This document shows, one piece after another, positions 1-10,800 of a stretch of DNA of 64,000 nucleotides; position 1 is the first letter of the stretch, and each line of letters begins with the position of its first letter. The DNA lies in the NCBI GenBank assembly GCA_945876185.1, contig CAMCMZ010000002.1, positions 24,073-88,072 on the forward strand, given 5' to 3'. Source of the DNA: Candidatus Kuenenia stuttgartensis. GTDB lineage: Bacteria; Planctomycetota; UBA11346. The notes beneath the pieces are model-generated. The model saw only the letters and a program-made list of their open reading frames with translations, was not told where the DNA came from and ran no database searches. The translations under genes were made by a program, and so were the position numbers.

Positions 1-65
1 TCGGCGTCGTTGGTGGTGCCGAGCACGCGCTTGGCGATGACGGTGACGGTATCGACGAATCCCAT
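1..65 (-). CDS. 5' end of a gene running off the window, possibly preprotein translocase SecA
   Basis: Reverse strand from ATG at 65 reads MGFVDTVTVIAKRVLGTTNDA..., reminiscent of the SecA N-terminus (K-x-F/L-G-S/T-x-N-D). Only 21 codons are visible. Confidence 0.4.
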   Translation of the reverse strand, partial: MGFVDTVTVIAKRVLGTTNDA

Positions 66-363
66 CGGAAGCCCTTCAGCCGCCCCAGGTTGGAAGCGGG
101 ACGCGGAACGTAGATGCAGGCCGCAACGGCACAACCGGGGGCGGAGACGGGATCGGTGGGGCGTCGCGGTCGCTGGCCCGTCGACGACGTCTGGGCTGGT
201 TGAAACACCCCCGTGCCTGGATTCCGGTGGAAATCTCGCCATGGTCAGGCTTCACCTTTGGCGAATTGACACTCCGCCCGACCGTTTCTAGCCTTCGCCT
301 TCCCTGAAAACCCTGAACCTTTTCCGGCCTTTCGCCGGCCACTTCACCCGGAGCGTTTCCCGC

Positions 364-828
364 ATGGACATCAAGGCCCTCAAAGAAATCACCAAGCTGA
401 TGCGCGACAACGATCTGGTCGAGGTCGAGATCGAATCGAAGGACCTCAAGATCAAGTTGAAGAAGGCGACCGCAGCCGGCGCCACCGTGACCGTGGCGGC
501 GCCCGCCCCGGCAGCGATGGCCCCGGCGCCCGCGCCGGTCGCCGCACCCTCCGCGCCTGCGGCCGTCCCGGTCGATGAAAGCGCTGGCTGGACGAAGGTG
601 ATCTCGCCCATCCCGGGCACGGTGTACCTGAAGCCCAACCCCGATTCGGCGAACTTCGTGTCCGTCGGCAGCACGGTTGAAGAGGGCAAGGTCCTCTGCC
701 TGGTCGAGGCCATGAAGGTCTTCAACGAGATCAAGGCCGATGCCGGCGTCAAAGGCCAGATCAAGCGCATCTGCGTCAGCGAAGGCCAGCCGGTCGAATA
801 CGGCACCGTGCTGTTCCTCGTTGGCTGA
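364..828 (+). CDS. accB: Acetyl-CoA carboxylase biotin carboxyl carrier protein
   Basis: MDIKALKEITKLM N-terminus, Ala/Pro linker, EAMKVFNEI biotinylation motif; upstream of accC. Confidence 0.96.
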   Translation: MDIKALKEITKLMRDNDLVEVEIESKDLKIKLKKATAAGATVTVAAPAPAAMAPAPAPVAAPSAPAAVPVDESAGWTKVISPIPGTVYLKPNPDSANFVSVGSTVEEGKVLCLVEAMKVFNEIKADAGVKGQIKRICVSEGQPVEYGTVLFLVG

Positions 829-913
829 GTCCCCGCCGATCCGGCAGCGCCAGGGCGGGTCCTCCGCCCTGACCGCCCGTCGCCCACCGTCTACCCCGAA
901 CTGAACCGACCCG

Positions 914-2263
<1,350 letters not shown>

Positions 2264-2384
2264 CTGGCCGTGGCCCTGCGGTGGCGTGGCGGATGCGCCA
2301 CCGCGAACCGGGCGCCGTCCCCCTTGCGTTACGCGAAACGCCCTTAGATTCCGCCCCTCCTACGAACCCAAGGGTCGCTTCCGC

Positions 2385-2846
2385 ATGGCTGTCCGCATCC
2401 GCCTGTCCCGTTATGGCCGTCTCCACCGGCCGTTCTTCCGCATCATCGCCATCGACGGCCGCGCTCCGCGCGAAGGCGAGGCGAACGAGATCCTGGGCAC
2501 CTACGATCCGCTCAAGAAGGACAAGTGCATTGAGGTCGACATTGAGGCCGTCGCGGCCTGGGTCGCCAAGGGTGCTCTGATCAGCCTGCCGCTGGTCCGG
2601 TTGCTCCAGCACCACGGCTACACCGTGCCGGTCACCAGCCACGCGGCGAAGACCAAGCGCGCCGCCAGCAAGGCCCCCGCCAAGAAGGGCACCGTCTGGA
2701 CGAAGCCGACCCGCCGTGCCCGCCTGCGCCACGCCGCCGCCAAGAAGGTCGTGTGGAAGGCCAAGCTCGCCGAAGGCGCCGCCGCCAAGGCTGCGGAAAA
2801 GGCCGCTGCAGCAGCAGCTCCGGCCGCCGAAGCCCCCAAGGCTTGA
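2385..2846 (+). CDS. rpsP: 30S ribosomal protein S16 with Ala/Lys-rich C-terminal extension
   Basis: MAVRIRLSRYGRLHRPFFRII...GTYDP S16 signature; ATG at 2385. Confidence 0.95.
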   Translation: MAVRIRLSRYGRLHRPFFRIIAIDGRAPREGEANEILGTYDPLKKDKCIEVDIEAVAAWVAKGALISLPLVRLLQHHGYTVPVTSHAAKTKRAASKAPAKKGTVWTKPTRRARLRHAAAKKVVWKAKLAEGAAAKAAEKAAAAAAPAAEAPKA

Positions 2847-2925
2847 ACCTCCCAACCGCCTGAGCCATCTCTCGATGGCCACCGTTCAGGGCGACGACTC
2901 GACGAGTCGCCGCCCTGTTTCGTTT

Positions 2926-3780
2926 TCAGGCGCTTGGTGCAGGCCCGGCCGACCCCGGTTCCTCGGCCGCCAAGAGCCCGAGTTTCAGCGCGCAGCCCCA
3001 GCGATACCCCGACAACGCGCCGTCTTCGCGCAGGACGCGATGGCAGGGAATGAGCACCGCGACCGGATTGGCCGCCAACGCCTGCGCCACCGCGCGCTGG
3101 GCCGAGTCCCTGCCGATCGCGGTCGCGACGCGGCCATAGGTCGTCGTCGCGCCGGCCGGCAGGGCGAGGATCGCCTTCCACACCGCGAGCTGAAACGGCG
3201 TCGCCACGACCTGGAGCGTGAGGTTTTCCACGCCAAGGGCGAAGATCCGGTTGATCGCCACCTGCGCCGCCTGCGGATCCGGGCGGAACGTGGCGCGTGG
3301 GAAGCGCGCCTGCGTGGCAGCGAGCAGTACGTCGCCTTCCGCCGGCGAGGTGACGAACACCAGGCGATGAACGCCGCGCGCGGTCAGCACCACCCACACC
3401 AGACCAAATCGGCTGGTGCCGCAGCCATGGACCAGCACCAGGGCCTGGCCCTGCGATTTCCACTCGCCCGGACTGACCGCCTCAACCCGAATCAGGTGGT
3501 CGTGCAACCGCCCCGGCCCGCTCAGTCCTGCCTCTAGGCTGGCCTCCAACACATCCGCCCCGCGATCCAACAGGCCCACCGCGCGCTGCACCGCGAGATC
3601 CTGCTGGAATCGCTTGGGGCTGATCCCGACCAGCCGACGGAACTCGCGCTGCGCCACCGCCGGGGCCACGCCGAGGTGCGCGGCCAGGTGCGCCAGCGAG
3701 GGCGGATCGGTCGCGTGCGCGCGCAGGAAGCGGATGGCCTCGGCGGTGCGGCGGAAACCAGGAGCAGCGTCGGCGGTCAT
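2926..3780 (-). CDS. AraC-HTH / methylated-DNA--protein-cysteine methyltransferase (Ada-like, lacking N-terminal Zn domain)
   Basis: HTH region (GISPKRF, SGPGRLHD) and active site IPCHRV, GYRWG. Confidence 0.9.
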   Translation of the reverse strand: MTADAAPGFRRTAEAIRFLRAHATDPPSLAHLAAHLGVAPAVAQREFRRLVGISPKRFQQDLAVQRAVGLLDRGADVLEASLEAGLSGPGRLHDHLIRVEAVSPGEWKSQGQALVLVHGCGTSRFGLVWVVLTARGVHRLVFVTSPAEGDVLLAATQARFPRATFRPDPQAAQVAINRIFALGVENLTLQVVATPFQLAVWKAILALPAGATTTYGRVATAIGRDSAQRAVAQALAANPVAVLIPCHRVLREDGALSGYRWGCALKLGLLAAEEPGSAGPAPSA

Positions 3781-3900
3781 GCCGGCAGCGTCGCACTCCG
3801 GCGCGGGTCATCCACCCGGATCGTGACCACCATGCATTCCCTCGTCCGTGCGATCCGGTATCCCACACCGCGCCGCACCAACTCAACACCCTGAGAGCCC

Positions 3901-4824
3901 ATGCATCTCTCCCCTTCCGCCAGCGCCAACGCCCGCACCTTCCTGGAACACTCCGCCCGCCCTCTGGAGCGCGCGCTGTTCCACCATCATTTCGACCACG
4001 CCTCGGTCGCGACCGTGCTGGCCGAACTTGCGGCGGTCCGCAATCCCGATGGCGGATTCAGTTTGGAACCGGATGTGCAGAGTCCGGTGAGTTCCGTGCT
4101 CGGAACCACGGTGGCATTCCAGATCCTGGCCCGGCTCGGCGTCGGGGCGGAAGAGCCCCTGGTGCGCGACGGAGTGCGCTTCTTGGAAGCCACCTTCGAC
4201 GCAGCGACCGGCGTCTGGCCCATCGTACCGCCGGCCGTGGTCGCCGCGCCGCACGCCCCGTGGTGGGATGGCGCCGACGATTCGGTCACGTTCGCCCTGC
4301 GGTGGAGCGGTTTCCGTCACAATCCCCGCGCCGAGGTCATTGGCCACCTGCTGCACTGGCGCGCAGCGGTCGCACCGGCGTTCATCGACCGCGTCCTGGC
4401 CGCCTTCGGTTGGCCCGATCCCGTTCCGGGTTCCCAGTTGGAAATGCACGATCTCCTCTGCTGGGTGCGCTTGGCGCAAAGTCCCGGTTTGGATCCGGCA
4501 ACCCGCACGCGCGTGGTGCAGCGCCTGGCTCCGCTCGTCGATACCGGCGTCAGCCGGGACCCCGCTGCCTGGGAAAAATACGGCCTGACGCCGCTGTCCG
4601 TTGTGAAATCCCCGGATTCGCCCCTCGCCACCGTCCTCGGTGAAGCCGCCATCGCGGCCAACCTCGACTGGTTGATCACCCGTCAGGGCGATGACGGTGC
4701 CTGGCGTCCAACCTGGAATTGGGGCGGGCGTTTCCCCGAGGCGTGGCAGCGATCGGAGCGTGTCTGGAGCGGCATGCTGACCCTGGACGCGCTCCTGGTC
4801 CTGCGCGCTTTCGGACGCTGGTGA
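3901..4824 (+). CDS. Conserved hypothetical protein, terpene cyclase/prenyltransferase-like alpha-alpha toroid fold
   Basis: ARPLERALF, QW-like motifs RNPDGGF and QGDDGAW, HAPWW. Confidence 0.7.
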   Translation: MHLSPSASANARTFLEHSARPLERALFHHHFDHASVATVLAELAAVRNPDGGFSLEPDVQSPVSSVLGTTVAFQILARLGVGAEEPLVRDGVRFLEATFDAATGVWPIVPPAVVAAPHAPWWDGADDSVTFALRWSGFRHNPRAEVIGHLLHWRAAVAPAFIDRVLAAFGWPDPVPGSQLEMHDLLCWVRLAQSPGLDPATRTRVVQRLAPLVDTGVSRDPAAWEKYGLTPLSVVKSPDSPLATVLGEAAIAANLDWLITRQGDDGAWRPTWNWGGRFPEAWQRSERVWSGMLTLDALLVLRAFGRW

Positions 4825-4922
4825 TCGCGCCGCGCTGCTGATCCCGCTGAGCAGATGAAAGCGCTGCGAGACGCCTTGCCGCTGCGCCGGTCCACCTAGC
4901 CTTGCGCGTCTCGGAGGTTCGC

Positions 4923-6275
4923 ATGCGCGTCGCCATCTTCGGTACCGGTTACGTTGGCCTGGTCACCGGCACCTGTTTCGCCGAGATGGGCAACACCGTC
5001 ACCTGCGTCGATGTCGATGCGGGCAAGGTCGAGCGGCTGAATCGGGGCGAGGTGCCGATCTACGAGGCGGGCCTGACCGAGCTGGTCGAGGACAACCGCC
5101 ACGGTCATCGCCTGGCGTTCACCACCGATGCCGCCAGTGCGCTGGTCGGGGCCGAGGCCGCGTTCATCTGCGTCGGCACGCCGATGTCAGCCTCCGGCGA
5201 GGCCGACCTGCGCTACGTCGAGGCCGCCGCGCGTGACATCGGCCGTCACGCGTCGGATGCGCTGGTGGTGGTCGACAAGAGCACGGTGCCGGTGGGCACC
5301 GCTGACAAGGTCCGTGGCTGGGTGAAGGCCGAACTCGATCGGCGCGGGGCGCAGGTCGTGTTCGATGTCGCCTCGAACCCGGAATTCCTCAAGGAAGGGT
5401 CAGCGGTCGAGGACTTCATGAAGCCCGACCGGGTGGTGGTCGGCGTCGACAGTCCGCGCGCCGAGGCGATCCTGCGCGACCTCTACGCGCCGTTCATCCG
5501 CAACGGCCTGCGTTTCTACACCATGGACATCCGTTCAGCCGAGATGACCAAGTACGCCGCCAACGCGATGCTCGCGACCAAGATCAGCTTCATCAACGAG
5601 ATCGCCAACATCTGCGAACGCCTCGGTGCCGACGTGCGCCAGGTGCGCCTGGGCGTCGGCAGCGACTCGCGCATCGGCCTGCAGTTCCTCCACCCCGGCG
5701 TCGGCTACGGCGGCTCGTGCTTCCCGAAGGACGTGCGCGCCCTGATCCGCACCGCTGAAACCGCAGAGGGCGGCGGCTACCACGCCGAACTGCTCCATGC
5801 CGTCGACGCCATCAACCTGCGCCAGAAGCTGGTCATCCAGGCGAAGCTGCGGGCGTGGTGCGACCTCACCGGCCGGAAGCTGAAGGACCTCACCGTCGCG
5901 GTCTGGGGCCTGAGCTTCAAGCCCAACACCGACGACGTGCGCGAAGCGCCCAGCCTCGACCTGTTGCGCGACCTCAGCGCCGCCGGCGCGCAGGTGCGCG
6001 CGCACGATCCCAAGGCCATCCACGAGACCCAGCGCGCGCTCGGCCCGCTGCCCGGGGTGACCTACGTCGACGAACCGTATGCAGCCACCGAGGGCGCCGA
6101 TCTGCTCTGCCTGATGACCGAATGGCGTCCGTTCCGTCGCCCCGATTTCCGCCGCCTCGCGCAGCAATTACGCGCCAAGACCATCTTCGACGGCCGGAAT
6201 CAGTACGACGACGTGCGCGCGGCCGGCTACGGCTTGACCGTCTACCCGATCGGGGTGCCGACCCGGGCGCGCTGA
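4923..6275 (+). CDS. ugd: UDP-glucose/GDP-mannose 6-dehydrogenase
   Basis: GTGYVGL Rossmann motif, KSTVPVGT, NPEFLKEG, GYGGSCFPKD, FKPNTDD, FDGRN. Confidence 0.96.
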   Translation: MRVAIFGTGYVGLVTGTCFAEMGNTVTCVDVDAGKVERLNRGEVPIYEAGLTELVEDNRHGHRLAFTTDAASALVGAEAAFICVGTPMSASGEADLRYVEAAARDIGRHASDALVVVDKSTVPVGTADKVRGWVKAELDRRGAQVVFDVASNPEFLKEGSAVEDFMKPDRVVVGVDSPRAEAILRDLYAPFIRNGLRFYTMDIRSAEMTKYAANAMLATKISFINEIANICERLGADVRQVRLGVGSDSRIGLQFLHPGVGYGGSCFPKDVRALIRTAETAEGGGYHAELLHAVDAINLRQKLVIQAKLRAWCDLTGRKLKDLTVAVWGLSFKPNTDDVREAPSLDLLRDLSAAGAQVRAHDPKAIHETQRALGPLPGVTYVDEPYAATEGADLLCLMTEWRPFRRPDFRRLAQQLRAKTIFDGRNQYDDVRAAGYGLTVYPIGVPTRAR

Positions 6276-6324
6276 GGCAGCCACGATCCGGCTCTGGCCA
6301 TGACCCGTTCACCCTGGCGCAGGG

Positions 6325-6762
6325 TCATTGGGCTGTAATCAACGGATTCCGCGTCTGAACCCAAGGAAAACGGCTGAAATCGCGATCGACTGACCAAAGT
6401 TCAGTAATCCCGTTCGCGCGGCAGAGCAGAGCGATGCGGGCGTCGTGGATCTGGCCATCGCGGATTTCAGCCTGCGCCAGGTCGGGCAGAGCGGCGAGCA
6501 TCTCGGGTTGATCGCCAATCACGTGGCAGACCGGCGACTGGAACCACGCCTCCAATTGCCGTCGGGCCTGGGTCGGGGTCGATGGCGGGTTGTAGATGCG
6601 GGGGTGGGTGACGATGTTCCAGAACTCGAAGACCACCGGCCAGGGGATGGCCCACGGCACGATCCCCTCGGCCAGCGAGCGCACCGCCTCGGCCGCCGCC
6701 GCATGGAAGACCGAATCGCGGCGGTGGGCGTAGACCAGGATGTTGGTGTCGAGCGCGATCAC
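6325..6762 (-). CDS. VapC-family PIN-domain toxin
   Basis: MIALDTNILVYA, EF, HDARIA, DRDFSRF PIN acidic residues; 4-nt overlap with upstream antitoxin. Confidence 0.92.
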   Translation of the reverse strand: MIALDTNILVYAHRRDSVFHAAAAEAVRSLAEGIVPWAIPWPVVFEFWNIVTHPRIYNPPSTPTQARRQLEAWFQSPVCHVIGDQPEMLAALPDLAQAEIRDGQIHDARIALLCRANGITELWSVDRDFSRFPWVQTRNPLITAQ

Positions 6763-7019
6763 GGGCGGAAACGCGCGGCTTCGTCATGGATCAGATCCCG
6801 GATGCCTTCTGCGCGCAGATCAGTCACACCAGGTTGCAGACCCTCGCCCTGCACCGCGCAGTCCTGCAATCGGTAGGGCTGGTCCTTCAAGCGTGAGCGC
6901 CGGGCGATGACCTCGGTCAGTCCTTCGATGACCAGGTCGCGCATCGACGAACCGGCTTCCTGGGCTACTCGACGGGCGCGGTCGAGGAGCTGATCGGGGA
7001 GATCGAAAGTGGTGCGCAT
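6759..7019 (-). CDS. VapB-family (RHH) antitoxin
   Basis: MRTTFDLPDQLL N-terminus typical of RHH VapB; directly upstream of PIN toxin. Confidence 0.85.
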   Translation of the reverse strand: MRTTFDLPDQLLDRARRVAQEAGSSMRDLVIEGLTEVIARRSRLKDQPYRLQDCAVQGEGLQPGVTDLRAEGIRDLIHDEAARFRP

Positions 7020-7044
7020 GCATACATGCATATCACTGGTATGC
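7020..7044. promoter_or_regulatory. Putative VapBC autoregulatory operator
   Basis: Inverted repeat GCATAC...GTATGC with ATGCAT palindromes abutting the antitoxin start codon. Confidence 0.5.
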
Positions 7045-7121
7045 TTAGCCGCAATCTCCTGAAACGCCAACGGGACCAGCATCCAATTCTCAGCACCATC
7101 CCAACGGCATCAGAATTATCA

Positions 7122-7133
7122 GGAAACGTTTCC
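7122..7133. promoter_or_regulatory. Putative LacI-family operator
   Basis: Perfect palindrome GGAAACGTTTCC with central CG, ~60 nt upstream of the 7193 ORF. Confidence 0.45.
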
Positions 7134-7192
7134 GTGCATCAGCCGTATACGACCCGAGACACGCTCGCAGCACCTACCAACCCAGGGATCAC

Positions 7193-7780
7193 ATGACCCG
7201 CACCTACGCCACTCCAGTTTTCCTGCTCCTTGCTTTTCTCATCCATGCCGAAGGGCTGCATCTTGAAGCGGGCGAGGCCAAGGGGGGTGAGCCCAATCGA
7301 AGCTTCCAGATTGAACTCGAAGACTTCACTCTCACTGATTGTGAGGTGGTAACGACCACTCTCGCCTGTGGTGGAAAAGCCGTGTTGATCGCGAAGGAAT
7401 CAAGTAAAGCGGTGTCGTCCATCAAGCTGCCTGCGGGAAATTACAGTGTGGTTATCTGGACTTTGGCCCCAAGTCTGAAGCAGGATGCGGTATGGGTGGT
7501 GATCGGAGATGCCGGCAAGGACAGTCAGTGGGAAGGAAAACTCAAATCCTTTCCCGATCACAAGCGGATGCCGATGAAGGAATTCATGAGTGCAGGGGTT
7601 TATGTCAGCGATCGCGAAAGAGTGGTGGTGCGGGTGACGGAAGACAAAGACATGAAAGAGCTGCCTATCGTCATAACGCCCAAGAAAACTGGAATGCAGC
7701 TCGATAGAATCGTGTTTCGTCGCCTGGATGACGCGGTGAAAAAACCGAGTCCCGTTGCTGGCCCGCCCAAGTCGCCCTGA
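7193..7780 (+). CDS. Secreted hypothetical protein, possibly CBM6/35-like beta-sandwich
   Basis: Signal-peptide-like N-terminus; IELED...GGKAV...AGNY...GMQLDRI pattern; lower GC than flanks. Confidence 0.6.
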   Translation: MTRTYATPVFLLLAFLIHAEGLHLEAGEAKGGEPNRSFQIELEDFTLTDCEVVTTTLACGGKAVLIAKESSKAVSSIKLPAGNYSVVIWTLAPSLKQDAVWVVIGDAGKDSQWEGKLKSFPDHKRMPMKEFMSAGVYVSDRERVVVRVTEDKDMKELPIVITPKKTGMQLDRIVFRRLDDAVKKPSPVAGPPKSP

Positions 7781-7838
7781 CGGAACGACGATCTGTCATC
7801 CGCCGGTCCCGCGACGCGACCGGCGACCGGCGGCAGGG

Positions 7839-10800
7839 TCAGGTTTTGGCAACGGTGAAACTGACCGCGTGGCCGTTGAGGTGTTCCGTCTGCGCCTGCG
7901 GTTCAGCACTGGCGTCGAAAGTGACGGCCAGCACCTCGTCGGCGATCCAGGTGCGATGCGCGGCGATGGCGGCGACCAGCACGGGATCTGCGCTGTGCCA
8001 GGTCAGGCGAATGCGATCGCTGACTTCCAGGCCGGCTTGCTTGCGTGCGTCCTGGATGGCGCTGACGAATTCGCGCGCCAGGCCCTCGGCCACCAGTTCC
8101 GGGGTGAGCGCAGTGTCGAGCACCGCCGTCAGCACGCCGTCGGTGGCGACCGCCGCGCCCGGCTTGGCGGTGCGTTGCAGCAGCACGTCGTCCTTGGTCA
8201 GGGTCTCGCCGCAGCAGGCGACGGCCTCGCCCGATTCGAGCCGGGTGACTTCAGTGTGGCTCCAGGCGGCGAGCGCGGCACCGATCTCTTTCAGCTTCGG
8301 GCCGCAGCGCTTGCGCAGCGTGGCGAAGTTCGGCTTCACCGTGACTTGGGCGAAGGCGGCTTCGTCAGCCTGGGTCAGCACGGATTTGACGTTCAATTCC
8401 TCGCTGATCAGCGCCGACAACCTGGTCAGCGCAGCACGCACCTCGGCGTCACGGTGGACGAAGGTGATCGCCGCGAGCGGCTGCCGGGTCTTGAGCTTCT
8501 GCTCTTCGCGCAGTTTGCGGCCGAGCGCGACGGCGCGTTGGGCCCAGGACATGTTAACTGTTAATGTCGGAGAAAAAGCCACTGCTGTTCGTGCCGCAAA
8601 TCCTGGTCGTAAGATCTGGGTAGGAGGTTTTGCAATTGGGAAGTCGCTCCAATGGATGCTCTGCGCCGCTTGCGGATCGACCGGCACCACCAACCGCTGC
8701 CAGACCTCTTCGGTGAGGAACGGCATGAACGGCGCCAGCACCTGGGCGAACTCGACCAGCACGCCGTACAGGGTGTGGTAGGCGTCGGCCTGGGCGGCGC
8801 GATCGACGGATTTCCAGAAGCGCCGGCGCGACAGGCGCAGGTACCAGTTGGTCAGGTCGTCGATGAACTGGACCAGGCGCGGCACCACGGCGTAGAGGCG
8901 GTAGCTCTCCATTTCCGTGTTCACGTCGCTGACCAACGCGTCGAGCGACTGGCGCAGCCAGCGGTCGAGCACGTGGCGCTGGTCGAGCGGCCGCGCCGGC
9001 CATTCCGCCGCGCGCGGATCGAAGCCGTCGACGCTGGCGTAGGTGGTGAAGAACGAAAGTGCGTTCCAATACGGCAGCACCACCGTGCGCACGATCTCTT
9101 TCAGCCCGGCCTCGCTGAAGCGCATCGGTTCGCCTCGCACCAGCGGCGAGTTGATCAGGTAGGCGCGGATCGAATCCGCACCGATCTGTTCCATGATCAG
9201 ATTGGGATCGGGAAAGTTGTTCTTGGATTTCGACATCTTCTGGCCGTCCTCGGCCAGGACGAGGCCAGTCACCACCACGTTCTTGAACGCGGGCCGGTCG
9301 AAGAGCGCGGTCGATTCCACCAGCAGGGTGTAGAACCAGCCACGCGTCTGGTCGAGGCCTTCGGCGATGAATTCTGCCGGATAGACCGGCGGCGCCTGCC
9401 TGCCATCAGCCCCGCCCATCCAATGCACGCTGGCGTAGGGCATCGCCCCGGATTCGAACCAGCAGTCGAGCACCTCCGGCGTGCGACGGTAGACCGTGCC
9501 GTCGCGGCGGATCTCCAGGCGGTCGAGGCAGTGCTTGTGCAGGTCGGGGATGTCGGTGACGGGTGCGCCCGTCGCGGCATCGACCGGCCCGAGCGCCAGC
9601 AGGTCCGCCACCGAGCCGACGCAGATCGTGTCGCTGGCATCGGCCACGTTGACCCACACCGGCAGGCACGACCCCCAGAAGCGGTTGCGTGAGATGTTCC
9701 AGTCATTGGCGTTCTTCACCCAATTGCCGAAGCGATTCGTGCCGATCGCTTCCGGCACCCAACGGATCTGGTCGTTGTTGGCGCCAAGCCGCCCGCGCAG
9801 GTCCTCGACCTTCACGTACCAGGCGTCGATGGCGCGGTAGATGAGCGGTGCGTCGGTACGGTCGCAGAACGGGTACGGGTGGTCGATGGTGGCCTGGTGG
9901 AACAGTTTCCCCTCTGCCTTCAGGCGGGCGATGATCGCCTTGTCGGCGTCTTTGCAGAACTTGTTAAGACATTCTGTGCGATACCAGTCATCTGCTGTAA
10001 CAATCTCTGAAAATCGACATTCTTCATCGAGGGGATCCGGTAAGTTGTTAGGCCATTCATTGCCTCTCCACACATCGCTCTCATCACGAGTCCATTGTCC
10101 AGAATGCAAGATGATCCTGTTTGCCCTGCAAACCCGAAGGTCATCTTCTCCATACGCCGGGGCCATGTGGACGATGCCGGTGCCGTCGCCGGTGGTGACA
10201 AAGTCGTCGGCGACGACGCGGAAGGCGTTGGGCGTTGCTGAGAAATAGGGGAAGAGCGGTTCGTAGGAGAACCCGATCAGGTTCGTCCCAGGGACTTCCC
10301 CCAACACCGTGTAGTTCTCAGGTTTTCCGAAAACCGCCGCGAGGCGCTGGGTGGCAACCACGAACACGGCGTGGGACTTCAGTTCGCGCACGATGCTGTA
10401 GGCAATGTCTGGACCAACGCAGAGCGCAAGGTTCTCCGGCAAGGTCCAGGGCGTGGTGGTCCAGGCCAAAACAGAGACGGTTTGGTTATGCAAAATAGGG
10501 TGCAACTTGCTAACATCAGCCAACGCGCTTGCACACAAAGAGGCAAGATTCCCGTCACCACTTGCCAAACCACGGATCAAATATCCCTGCCGATCTTCAA
10601 GAGAACTCCCGTCAGTACGCATGGTGAACTTCACCGTCACCGCCGGATCCTGAACCACCTTGTAGTTGTCGTCCTTGACCTCGAACTTCGACAGCGGCGT
10701 CGCCAGTTTCGGCGAGTACGGCATGATGCGGTGCGACTTGTAGATACGCCCGGTATCCCACAGGCGCTTGAACACCCACCACACCGACTCCATGAAGTCG

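Noticed and set aside
2640..2846. Ala/Lys-rich tail of S16 as a novelty
   Set aside because: Extended S16 C-termini are common in several phyla.
9955..10625. Inteins or DGR variable regions in ileS
   Set aside because: Inserts are under 60 aa and lack intein splice motifs; no template repeat or reverse transcriptase in the window.
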